The notes below the pieces were generated by a model. It saw nothing but the letters and a program-made list of their open reading frames with translations, was not told where the DNA came from and made no database searches. Of a DNA stretch of 64,000 nt, positions 8,180-15,626 are shown one piece after another (within the stretch, counting starts at the first letter, position 1; the number at the start of each line of letters is the position of its first letter). The position numbers were made by a program, and so were the translations under genes. Source of the DNA: a virus (lineage: Duplodnaviria > Caudoviricetes); IMG/VR virus record IMGVR_UViG_3300035521_000139, positions 38,654 through 102,653 of that record; one strand, written 5' to 3'.

Positions 8180-8468
8180 AAAGTCCCTAGGGAATTTTTT
8201 GAAATTTCCTTACAAAGAATTATTACTAATTCTCTTTAACCTATAATTTTAGAAATGGGCGGTTACTGTCCCCCTAGGATGCTTTGCCCTCAACCTTTTC
8301 TCATTGCTACTTGGTGCATCACCACTTCCTATATATAGGCAATTTTTGTCTAGTAGAGTGACCTCAGTTCCACTTGAACTTACTACTCTAGGCATCCCCA
8401 TGAGTCTGTACTTCCTTTTAGGGTATGATTCTCTTGGGAGTAAACAGTATAGCAATTACTGTTAGACG
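8180..8468 (-). ncRNA. Candidate structured non-coding RNA (~280 nt)
   Basis: Begins right after a strong promoter; GC-elevated; several complementary pairs (AACAGTA/TACTGTT, GGATGC/GCATCC, TAGAGT/ACTCTA, AGTTC/GAACT). Confidence 0.4.
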
Positions 8469-8469
8469 G

Positions 8470-8504
8470 TGCAAAATTAAGAATAAAAAATGATATATGC
8501 AAGT
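8470..8504 (-). promoter_or_regulatory. Bacteroidota sigma-A-type promoter at the strand switch
   Basis: Minus strand CTTGCA...TAATTTTGCA. Confidence 0.75.
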
Positions 8505-8642
8505 AAATAAATAAAATATTTATAGTGGCAATAATAAATTATTTATATTTAAAAGCTATTTTTAAATTTTAAAATTTTATTTTTTTATTGATTTTATTTT
8601 TTTGATTCAAGTTTTTTATTTATAAGTTTTTTATTTACATGA

Positions 8643-8697
8643 GGGGAGGATACCCCAGCCCCACCTGCCCCATCTCAGAGCGGTTGGGATATTCCCC
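8643..8697. repeat. GC-rich imperfect inverted repeat at the divergence point
   Basis: GGGGA..ATA.CCCAGCC pairs with GGTTGGG.TAT.TCCCC; preceded by a long T-rich tract. Confidence 0.65.
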
Positions 8698-8723
8698 CGT
8701 GTAACATTAATAAAACTGTAACT

Positions 8724-8987
8724 ATGGCAGATTTGACTTTTATCAAGACTAGAACTATTTCACAGTTCAAGGAGATGATGAATGCTGACATCATCGAAGT
8801 AAAAACAGCTAGAGAAGGCAAGTACTTCTTTACCTGGGGTCCAGGCTCTGATCAGACTGGAGCTTGCAGCAAGGCTCCTTCTCTCTTCGAGAAGCCAGTC
8901 ATCTCTCTTTGCGAGGGTGACGATGGCGAGTTCTACCTGATGCACGAGAAAGGCGAAGGTGGAGCAAAGGTTGTTGCGACCTTCTAA
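8724..8987 (+). CDS. First rightward (early) gene, hypothetical 87 aa
   Basis: Clean ORF with GC-rich codon usage and its own terminator. Confidence 0.85.
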   Translation: MADLTFIKTRTISQFKEMMNADIIEVKTAREGKYFFTWGPGSDQTGACSKAPSLFEKPVISLCEGDDGEFYLMHEKGEGGAKVVATF

Positions 8988-8989
8988 TC

Positions 8990-9014
8990 AAGGGGCCTTC
9001 GTGCCCCTTTTTTT
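8990..9014 (+). terminator. Intrinsic terminator
   Basis: AAGGGGC-CTTCGT-GCCCCTT followed by a T-run. Confidence 0.85.
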
Positions 9015-9122
9015 ATTGGTTTGCTATTCATAGAAATAGAATATTAATAACACTATCTACTGAACATTGTGCAGGCGATTTGCTTGCACTTTGTTCATTT
9101 AGATAATCAAATACACTATATT

Positions 9123-9545
9123 ATGATCAAGTATTTATATAATATAAAGTCTTTTAGAGCTGTAGTTGGCGATAAAATAGCTAACAAACTCGAGGAATTG
9201 CTCTATATTGATTGCAAATATCCTAAGAATGCCGAAATACTCTATTCATTGAAAGCATGGTCTCATGATTATGAGTGGATTGGCAATAGATGTCATAAAA
9301 GATATGCTACTTACACCAATGAGTCTTATAACAAAGACTTCTTACTGGAGGATGCTATCTTAAACATCGAGGATAAAGGCAATCATTGGACTATTGAAAT
9401 ATATGAAATAATGATTTATCATTTCATATTCAAAGGCCAAGAGTATTGCCTTCAATTGCAACCTGAGTGCAATGATTATAATCGCTATCAGATTGATTTA
9501 ATCAATCAAAAGATAGTCAATAATAATCCATTGCATCCTTGGTAA
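9123..9545 (+). CDS. Hypothetical early protein
   Basis: ORF; ATG at 9123 (MIKYLY) preferred over the upstream GTG. Confidence 0.7.
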   Translation: MIKYLYNIKSFRAVVGDKIANKLEELLYIDCKYPKNAEILYSLKAWSHDYEWIGNRCHKRYATYTNESYNKDFLLEDAILNIEDKGNHWTIEIYEIMIYHFIFKGQEYCLQLQPECNDYNRYQIDLINQKIVNNNPLHPW

Positions 9546-9618
9546 TCAAGGCACCTGAGCATGTGTATAAACTGCTCAAATTTTCTTTTATATAACTCAA
9601 AACATAAACTTAAAAATT

Positions 9619-9951
9619 ATGGAAATGTATAGAATTAAAACACTTAAATCAGAGTGTGCCATAGCTAGCATTGAAGTTAGCAATGAAACCCTAATAAGAA
9701 TGGGTAGTGAATGCTTTAACATGGAAGCTTTTGAGCTAATAGCATCAACATTTGCTAGTAAAGGCTTTTCATGTGATAAAGATCGCTATATTAAAGCAGT
9801 TACCAAGGTTATAGATAACTATGAAATCATTACTAAATCACCTGATTATAAAGTATCAGTATCTCGGTACTACAATGCTGAAGGTAGAACTGCAAAATAT
9901 GTATTCACTCTCATTAAAGTAGAGCTTAATACTGTGATGGATCTTATCTAA
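9619..9951 (+). CDS. Hypothetical early protein
   Basis: 110-aa ORF with A-rich leader; resembles the 10254 ORF in layout. Confidence 0.75.
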   Translation: MEMYRIKTLKSECAIASIEVSNETLIRMGSECFNMEAFELIASTFASKGFSCDKDRYIKAVTKVIDNYEIITKSPDYKVSVSRYYNAEGRTAKYVFTLIKVELNTVMDLI

Positions 9952-10014
9952 GATAATAAATGACTGGGGATGAAATACTCCCTGGTCTTTTGTTTTACTT
10001 CTAATAATAATACA

Positions 10015-10251
10015 ATGAGACCTAGATTTAAAGTTAATAGACTTTGTAGTTCAGATAATTATGAGCTGTCCAAGAAAATACATAGAGAAGATATAGTTAA
10101 ATCTCATAATGAAAATCAAGCTATTATTAATGAGATTATTACTACCACTCATGTAAAGCAAGCTTATATTTCAGTATTTGGTAAATTAATGCCTATAACT
10201 GAAGAAGAGGTTATCAAGATACAAAATTCATACACAATAATATACAAATAA
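10015..10251 (+). CDS. Hypothetical early protein
   Basis: Start moved to MRPRFK, downstream of the hairpin at 9963-9988. Confidence 0.65.
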   Translation: MRPRFKVNRLCSSDNYELSKKIHREDIVKSHNENQAIINEIITTTHVKQAYISVFGKLMPITEEEVIKIQNSYTIIYK

Positions 10252-10253
10252 TC

Positions 10254-10589
10254 ATGAAGAAGTTTACAGTACATTCAACCTACAGAGATGAAGCAATATT
10301 TCAGGTTAATATTACTCCTGAATCATTTAGAATCATTAGAGATTCTCAGAATTCTACTATCTTTAAACAGATAGAAGCAATGGCTAGAGATAATGGTTTT
10401 AAGAAAATTACAGCACATGATATAGAGAATCTCTTTTATAAATCTTTTAGGGGATTTAAAAACATTGTAGATGGTGAAGAAAAATTAAATATCACTATTA
10501 CTGCTAAAGCTGGAGATAACACTGTAGGTATGAGATTCACTTTCATTAAAGTAGTAGAAGATGTATTCATAGATGAGGAGGAAGATTAA
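10254..10589 (+). CDS. Hypothetical early protein
   Basis: 111-aa ORF in a tight operon. Confidence 0.75.
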   Translation: MKKFTVHSTYRDEAIFQVNITPESFRIIRDSQNSTIFKQIEAMARDNGFKKITAHDIENLFYKSFRGFKNIVDGEEKLNITITAKAGDNTVGMRFTFIKVVEDVFIDEEED

Positions 10590-10590
10590 A

Positions 10591-10836
10591 ATGAAGAAGT
10601 TATTCGTTAAAGGAGTACTGTTCTGGGCAACAGTACTCCAAGTTATGTCTTTTATATCTACATTAGATTTCTTGACAATAGACATTCAGGGTTTTATAGC
10701 ATTCTTATACTATGCAGCTACTACAGTACTATTAATTATTGCCTGCAAAAGAGTATTATCATATAATGATATTAGAAAAATATCAGGATATAATATACTT
10801 GAGAAATGGTTAAATAAGTATTTGCAAGAAAAATAG
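10591..10836 (+). CDS. Small two-TM membrane protein
   Basis: Two hydrophobic segments; start at MKKLFV. Confidence 0.7.
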   Translation: MKKLFVKGVLFWATVLQVMSFISTLDFLTIDIQGFIAFLYYAATTVLLIIACKRVLSYNDIRKISGYNILEKWLNKYLQEK

Positions 10837-10885
10837 CTACATGTTTATATTTTATTTGTTTGGACTCCCCATATTCTTAATAATT

Positions 10886-11002
10886 ATGGGGAGTTTTATT
10901 CATTTAGATAAAGATGCTACATCAAATAATATAGGATGTGCTATGTATTTAGCTGCTTTCATTACTTTAATATTAATAGCATTGATTGGTTGTTTATCTT
11001 AA
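10886..11002 (+). CDS. 38-aa membrane peptide (unannotated)
   Basis: MGSFIHLDKDATSNNIGCAMYLAAFITLILIALIGCLS*. Confidence 0.5.
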   Translation: MGSFIHLDKDATSNNIGCAMYLAAFITLILIALIGCLS

Positions 11003-11016
11003 AATAAATACAAGTT

Positions 11017-11190
11017 ATGTTCACCTTCTTTTGTTTAGTAATGTTATTTATACCTATAACCATGATATATTATGCTTGGAAACATAGACATAATATTGAA
11101 TCAGATGTTATTTGGTTTTTTATAATAACAATTTCATCAAACATAGTTTTATTAATCACATTATTAATTGCAAATTATCTAAATAAATAA
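11017..11190 (+). CDS. 57-aa two-TM membrane protein (unannotated)
   Basis: MFTFFCLVMLFIPITMIYYAW...VIWFFIITISSNIVLLITLLIANYLNK*. Confidence 0.6.
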   Translation: MFTFFCLVMLFIPITMIYYAWKHRHNIESDVIWFFIITISSNIVLLITLLIANYLNK

Positions 11191-11192
11191 TT

Positions 11193-11471
11193 ATGAAAAA
11201 GTTTATTGTAGGCATTCTCTTAGCCTTTTTCTGTATTGCATCTAAGGCAGAAATAAAGAGAGAAGGCAATGTATTCAAAGTAGAAAATACTGAATCACAA
11301 GATACAAAAACATCTTTCTTTTGGGAAGATAAGGATAATAATCAATATCCTATATATATCACAAAGAAAGGAGCTTGTTATGTTTTAAAGACATCAAAGA
11401 AAACAGGAAAACAGTATAAATATTATTTACCTGAACAAGTAAAAATCGTGATTCAAAAGAATATAGATTAA
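11193..11471 (+). CDS. Secreted/periplasmic small protein
   Basis: Sec signal peptide MKKFIVGILLAFFCIASKA. Confidence 0.75.
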   Translation: MKKFIVGILLAFFCIASKAEIKREGNVFKVENTESQDTKTSFFWEDKDNNQYPIYITKKGACYVLKTSKKTGKQYKYYLPEQVKIVIQKNID

Positions 11472-11615
11472 GCACCTCATAATATCAACAAATTGCTGTT
11501 TTACTAATTTCCAGCTAAGGTGAAAATCCACAATTAAATAAATAGCGTTATAGGTTCGAGAATACCTTTTGGCTGATAGGAATAGACTATCAACTTTTTA
11601 TTAAATATTATAACT

Positions 11616-11816
11616 ATGAACGAAAGACAAATTGATGGTATCAATAAAATAATGGACTTTTTAAATTCAAGTGAATTCAAACTTCCTTATAATCTAGAGG
11701 AATTAGTAAAGAACTGCAATAGAAAAATCCACATGCTTGAATTTCGTAGAGTTGATGATGAAATAATAAAGCACTTTACAGAAATCTGCGAAAAAGAGTG
11801 TAATAAATATATTTAA
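11616..11816 (+). CDS. Hypothetical protein
   Basis: 66-aa ORF with A-rich leader. Confidence 0.65.
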   Translation: MNERQIDGINKIMDFLNSSEFKLPYNLEELVKNCNRKIHMLEFRRVDDEIIKHFTEICEKECNKYI

Positions 11817-11825
11817 TAACTAATA

Positions 11826-11910
11826 GGTGAAATGATGGAATTGGTAGACATGCAACTCTTAAACAGTTGTGAGCAGTTAGCTCGTGTGGGTTCAAATCCC
11901 ACTTTCACTA
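11826..11910 (+). tRNA. tRNA-Leu(TAA), second copy
   Basis: GGTGAAA/TTTCACT acceptor; CAACT-CT-TAA-AC-AGTTG; long variable arm; GGTTCAAATCC T-arm. Confidence 0.9.
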
Positions 11911-11928
11911 CAATAAAATATTACTATT

Positions 11929-12174
11929 ATGAATTTTTATGAAGAATGGCTATGTGGTTCAGAAGATATGATCCTAGCTGAAAAAGAAAGTGAGCAAGAC
12001 TTATATGAAAATAATCTTTGGGAAACTAGAGATGGTTCTATAATATCTATTGCTAGTATGACTACTACTCATATCAAAAATTGCATTAGAATGATTTATA
12101 AAGCTAATGGCAATTGGAGACCTGAATATCTTAGACTCTTTGAAAAAGAGTTAAGAAAAAGAAAATATGACTAA
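11929..12174 (+). CDS. Conserved small phage protein
   Basis: WETRDG...I..MTTTHIKNCIRM motif common in phage hypothetical proteins. Confidence 0.7.
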   Translation: MNFYEEWLCGSEDMILAEKESEQDLYENNLWETRDGSIISIASMTTTHIKNCIRMIYKANGNWRPEYLRLFEKELRKRKYD

Positions 12175-12232
12175 TAATTTTTTCATGGTTATATATTTAA
12201 ATTTTTAAGTTAGTGTTTGTTGTTTATGTCAC

Positions 12233-12268
12233 AGAGGAAACTGATTGTGAAATTCGTTTCCTCTTTTA
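12233..12268 (+). terminator. Hairpin with GTGA tetraloop and T-tail
   Basis: AGAGGAAAC..ATT-GTGA-AAT..GTTTCCTCT-TTT. Confidence 0.65.
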
Positions 12269-12295
12269 TTTTGATTATTATTTAATATTATATAT

Positions 12296-12565
12296 ATGAA
12301 AGCAGAAATAGAGTGGATTAGCATTGAAGATAAATTACCTGAATTAAATGGTAAAGAATGTGTTAGAGTGCTAGTTCTAGAAGATTTATCTAAGAAAGTT
12401 AAATTTGTAAAGCATTATTATATAAATGAAGCTCTATATTTAGAAGGTGAATATCCTTTTGATGGCTTTTTTATAAATGGAAATGTAAGTCACGAAGTTA
12501 AATATTGGGCTTATCTACCAGATATGCCAGAATTTATTCCTTATAACAATGAAGAAGAATTATAA
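12296..12565 (+). CDS. DUF551-like phage protein
   Basis: EWISIEDKLP...VLV...VKYWAYLP. Confidence 0.75.
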   Translation: MKAEIEWISIEDKLPELNGKECVRVLVLEDLSKKVKFVKHYYINEALYLEGEYPFDGFFINGNVSHEVKYWAYLPDMPEFIPYNNEEEL

Positions 12566-12668
12566 AGTTTTAGACTCTGAAAATAATATTCTTAGAGTAT
12601 TCACTACCTATGAGCAAGCTATGACATATAAAATAGCTATGAATAGGTTTGATTGGATTATTAAATAA
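12549..12668 (+). CDS. 39-aa hypothetical protein (unannotated)
   Basis: MKKNYKVLDSENNILRVFTTYEQAMTYKIAMNRFDWIIK*. Confidence 0.6.
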   Translation: MKKNYKVLDSENNILRVFTTYEQAMTYKIAMNRFDWIIK

Positions 12669-12793
12669 AATATCCTACATAATCATAAAAAATAAGATTT
12701 GGTTTTGAATTAGTGTATTTGTAAGACTAGGGAGTAACTCTGTGAAGAGTGAAACCTTTTTATTGATTATTTAATTTATTAATAGTATATAAT

Positions 12794-13072
12794 ATGGCAA
12801 AATTAATTATTCATCCTAAAGGATTTAAAATTGTAAAATTTTCTCAAGAAGAAGGAAATAAATTGAATTGGGGAACTCCTCAAGGATTTATTTGTATGCA
12901 GTGTAATAATTATATTGAAGGTGATCTTTATTATATAGCAGCTTTACATGATGTAATGGATGAAAACTGTTGTAATAATTATCTTAAAAAAGCCAATTAC
13001 TATGCTGAAGATGCTGAATATGAAGATAATATTATTGAAAATCTTAAAAAATTAATAGATATAGAAGAATGA
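12794..13072 (+). CDS. Hypothetical Cys-containing protein
   Basis: CMQC...CC motif. Confidence 0.7.
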   Translation: MAKLIIHPKGFKIVKFSQEEGNKLNWGTPQGFICMQCNNYIEGDLYYIAALHDVMDENCCNNYLKKANYYAEDAEYEDNIIENLKKLIDIEE

Positions 13073-13311
13073 TACTGGAATACACTGAAGGACATTATAA
13101 TTATAGTATAGATAATAAAGACTATAATGATTATAGCAATGATGAAATAGCTGAAATACTAAAAAAGCTAATAGATAAATATAAAAATGAAGATCCTGCT
13201 CTTCTTCAAAGATTATTTGAAATAATATTAGTATATGAAGGAGAAATGGAAAATCTAGGACAATGTGATTCTTGTGGAGAATTTATAGATAATTATAAAA
13301 TTGAATTATGA
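13069..13311 (+). CDS. Hypothetical protein
   Basis: Coupled ORF with a CDSC knuckle. Confidence 0.7.
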   Translation: MILEYTEGHYNYSIDNKDYNDYSNDEIAEILKKLIDKYKNEDPALLQRLFEIILVYEGEMENLGQCDSCGEFIDNYKIEL

Positions 13312-13595
13312 TTGATATTAAAATTAATCTTAGTATTGTTCTACCAGGTAGAATAAAACTAAGTAAGCAGGAGTGCTTAGAAAACCCAAAAAACAAGTAT
13401 AAAACTGCAAAACAATCCCTCAATATTAGTAAAGAGGGTTATCTTAGCATGATTTCTAATAAAGAAATACCTTACTGGAGCAATGCTAAGAATTGGAGTA
13501 GATTGAATACAAAAGAAAGATTGGAGCAACATCTACAAAAGATTTGTGAAAGTCTTGGAGGTATTACATACTCCTATAAAATATTTGATGAGTAA
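13308..13595 (+). CDS. Hypothetical protein
   Basis: Coupled 95-aa ORF. Confidence 0.7.
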   Translation: MIDIKINLSIVLPGRIKLSKQECLENPKNKYKTAKQSLNISKEGYLSMISNKEIPYWSNAKNWSRLNTKERLEQHLQKICESLGGITYSYKIFDE

Positions 13596-13711
13596 CGTCA
13601 AAATGTTTCATACTTAAAGTTATATGCTTAGAATCTAAAAGCAGCCTACGTGAGTATCCTGCTTTTTAATTAGACATGCCATTTTATTTTATATAAGTTA
13701 TTTTTGTTTTT

Positions 13712-13749
13712 ACTCCTATTGGAACCTACACACTCCAATAGGAGTTTTT
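13712..13749 (+). terminator. Intrinsic terminator
   Basis: ACTCCTATTGGA/TCCAATAGGAGT 12-bp stem plus T-run. Confidence 0.75.
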
Positions 13750-13773
13750 ATAAACCTTTTAAATTTTAACATT

Positions 13774-14019
13774 ATGAATCGTGGTATTATAGTATTATTT
13801 GTAATATGTATTGTTCTTGTAATATATATTAATCATTTAGAGAATAAAATAACTAAATTTGAAAACTATTACTCAAGGGTAGAAGCACTTCTTGATAGTA
13901 TTAATAGTGTTTGTGATGATTTTGGTGATAATGTTTTAGAAGAAGATTATTACTATGATTATGAGAAAGCTAGAGAAGAAGCTGAGAAAATAGATAATGT
14001 AAAAATAAACAGAAAATAA
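13774..14019 (+). CDS. Membrane-anchored small protein
   Basis: N-terminal hydrophobic helix. Confidence 0.7.
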   Translation: MNRGIIVLFVICIVLVIYINHLENKITKFENYYSRVEALLDSINSVCDDFGDNVLEEDYYYDYEKAREEAEKIDNVKINRK

Positions 14020-14111
14020 ATGAATATTAATAATAAGGTAAAAAGATATGTTATTGTAGCTTCATGCTATTATAAAGATAATAAAATAACATTAAAAATA
14101 TATTAAAGAAA

Positions 14112-14474
14112 ATGAAAGCAAATATAATTACATTTATAGCAATTAGAGATAATGGAGAGTCTCAAATTATTTATGATGAAGAAAATAATAGAGTTTTATA
14201 TTCAGTAAGAGATTTAGCAGAAACTCCAGAAGATGCTTATATTACTAGAGAAATTCCAAGTGCTTGTGAAGTTGTTGATGTAGTTAAACATATATTAGAA
14301 CTATCCAGAACTTTTGAAATAAATTTTATTGATATAAGTGCTTATACTCTTATTGGTAAATGGGAAGAAGAAAATAATATGGAGTGTCCTAAAGATGTAA
14401 AAGCAGAATTTCGAGATATGTGTGCTTATGAATTATTACAGTATTATAAAGAACATTATGAATATATCATTTAA
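14112..14474 (+). CDS. Hypothetical protein
   Basis: 120-aa ORF with an ETPEDA motif. Confidence 0.7.
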   Translation: MKANIITFIAIRDNGESQIIYDEENNRVLYSVRDLAETPEDAYITREIPSACEVVDVVKHILELSRTFEINFIDISAYTLIGKWEEENNMECPKDVKAEFRDMCAYELLQYYKEHYEYII

Positions 14475-14610
14475 ACAAAAAGAAGATAAATATATTCTTC
14501 AATTTAATAGAATAATAGAAGATTCTAATTATTTTAAAGATGATACTCCTATAGGTGAAAATACTGCTAGTTGGTATGAAATTATATATAATAAAAATAG
14601 AAGAATCTGA
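14458..14610 (+). CDS. Hypothetical protein (50 aa)
   Basis: Start at MNISFK overlapping the upstream stop. Confidence 0.45.
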   Translation: MNISFKQKEDKYILQFNRIIEDSNYFKDDTPIGENTASWYEIIYNKNRRI

Positions 14611-14782
14611 CCATATATGGATAAGCAGAGACTATAAAGCTTCTATAGAAAAAGCATTTCAAATATTTGTAAATAAAGATAATGCAATAGCTGAATGTAA
14701 TAAAATGAATGAAACAGAAAGAAATTTATATGGAGCTATACAAGAGATGTATGAAGTTATGGAAATAGAAACATTAGATTAA
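14576..14782 (+). CDS. Hypothetical protein
   Basis: Start at MKLYII. Confidence 0.6.
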   Translation: MKLYIIKIEESDHIWISRDYKASIEKAFQIFVNKDNAIAECNKMNETERNLYGAIQEMYEVMEIETLD

Positions 14783-14802
14783 TCATAAATTATAAAATAA
14801 GA

Positions 14803-15120
14803 ATGTTTAATTTTAAGAAAGACATAATAATATTTGAATTATCATTAACTGCTATAGATAGAAAAAATTCTATTCCAAAATATATTAAAGAATTACAAGA
14901 AAATGGATTTGATATTATTAAACATGATACAGAATATTATATTAAAATAACTTCTTTAAAAGATATAAAGAATTTACAAATCTATACTAAAAGTAAAATA
15001 AGAATATATTTAAATGGAGATCGTAATGCTCTAGAAATAGTTAAAATGATAGATTATGATGAAGTTCGTGATTTATATTCAATAAATAAAGAAAAACTTA
15101 ATTATGAGTTTCCTATATAA
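14803..15120 (+). CDS. Hypothetical protein
   Basis: 105-aa ORF. Confidence 0.65.
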   Translation: MFNFKKDIIIFELSLTAIDRKNSIPKYIKELQENGFDIIKHDTEYYIKITSLKDIKNLQIYTKSKIRIYLNGDRNALEIVKMIDYDEVRDLYSINKEKLNYEFPI

Positions 15121-15310
15121 TTATCAAAAAAGAATTAAAAATCTAGAAGATTTAAAAGATGTAACTGAAGATAATCTTTTAGAAAGAGTAAAAGAATTAC
15201 AAGAACATATTATATGTTTAGAAAAGGAAATTGATGAGTTAGAAGAAAAAATAACTGACCATGACCTTGACATACAAGCATTAAAAGACCATGTTATTCA
15301 TTTAATATAA
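15104..15310 (+). CDS. Coiled-coil protein
   Basis: Continuous leucine heptads. Confidence 0.65.
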   Translation: MSFLYNYQKRIKNLEDLKDVTEDNLLERVKELQEHIICLEKEIDELEEKITDHDLDIQALKDHVIHLI

Positions 15311-15315
15311 ATAAA

Positions 15316-15618
15316 ATGGACAAAAAAAGAACCTTATTAAAAGAAGCTCTTTTAGATAAGTATAATTATGATAGAGCTGAAAAAATAGCTTTTATTCATG
15401 GGTGGAATCTTGCAAATGCAAATCCAGACTGGAGAGATGCAAAAGAAGATCCTCCACAAGATAGTGGTACATATTTAGTATATGATGGAACATTTCAACA
15501 CATAGGATTTTATTATGAAGCATGTAACCAATGGTGGAATGATGATGATGGCGATAATGAGCCTATAAATGCTATGTTATGGATGCCTTTACCAAGAATA
15601 AATTTAATTCAAAAATAA
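15316..15618 (+). CDS. DUF551-like phage protein
   Basis: WRDAKEDPP...YLV...MLWMPLP. Confidence 0.7.
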   Translation: MDKKRTLLKEALLDKYNYDRAEKIAFIHGWNLANANPDWRDAKEDPPQDSGTYLVYDGTFQHIGFYYEACNQWWNDDDGDNEPINAMLWMPLPRINLIQK

Positions 15619-15626
15619 ATAATAAT

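Noticed and set aside
8249-8455. 68-aa minus-strand ORF
   Set aside because: Non-ATG start, atypical composition and overlap with a structured GC-rich region; more likely non-coding
11500-11600. Possible tmRNA or tRNA fragment (GGTTCGA and GGCTGA words)
   Set aside because: No acceptor stem, proper T-arm or tag reading frame; kept only as an unknown structured spacer
6200-11930. HDV-like (theta) ribozymes at tRNA 3' ends
   Set aside because: The tRNA trailers are AT-rich and lack the nested double-pseudoknot pattern
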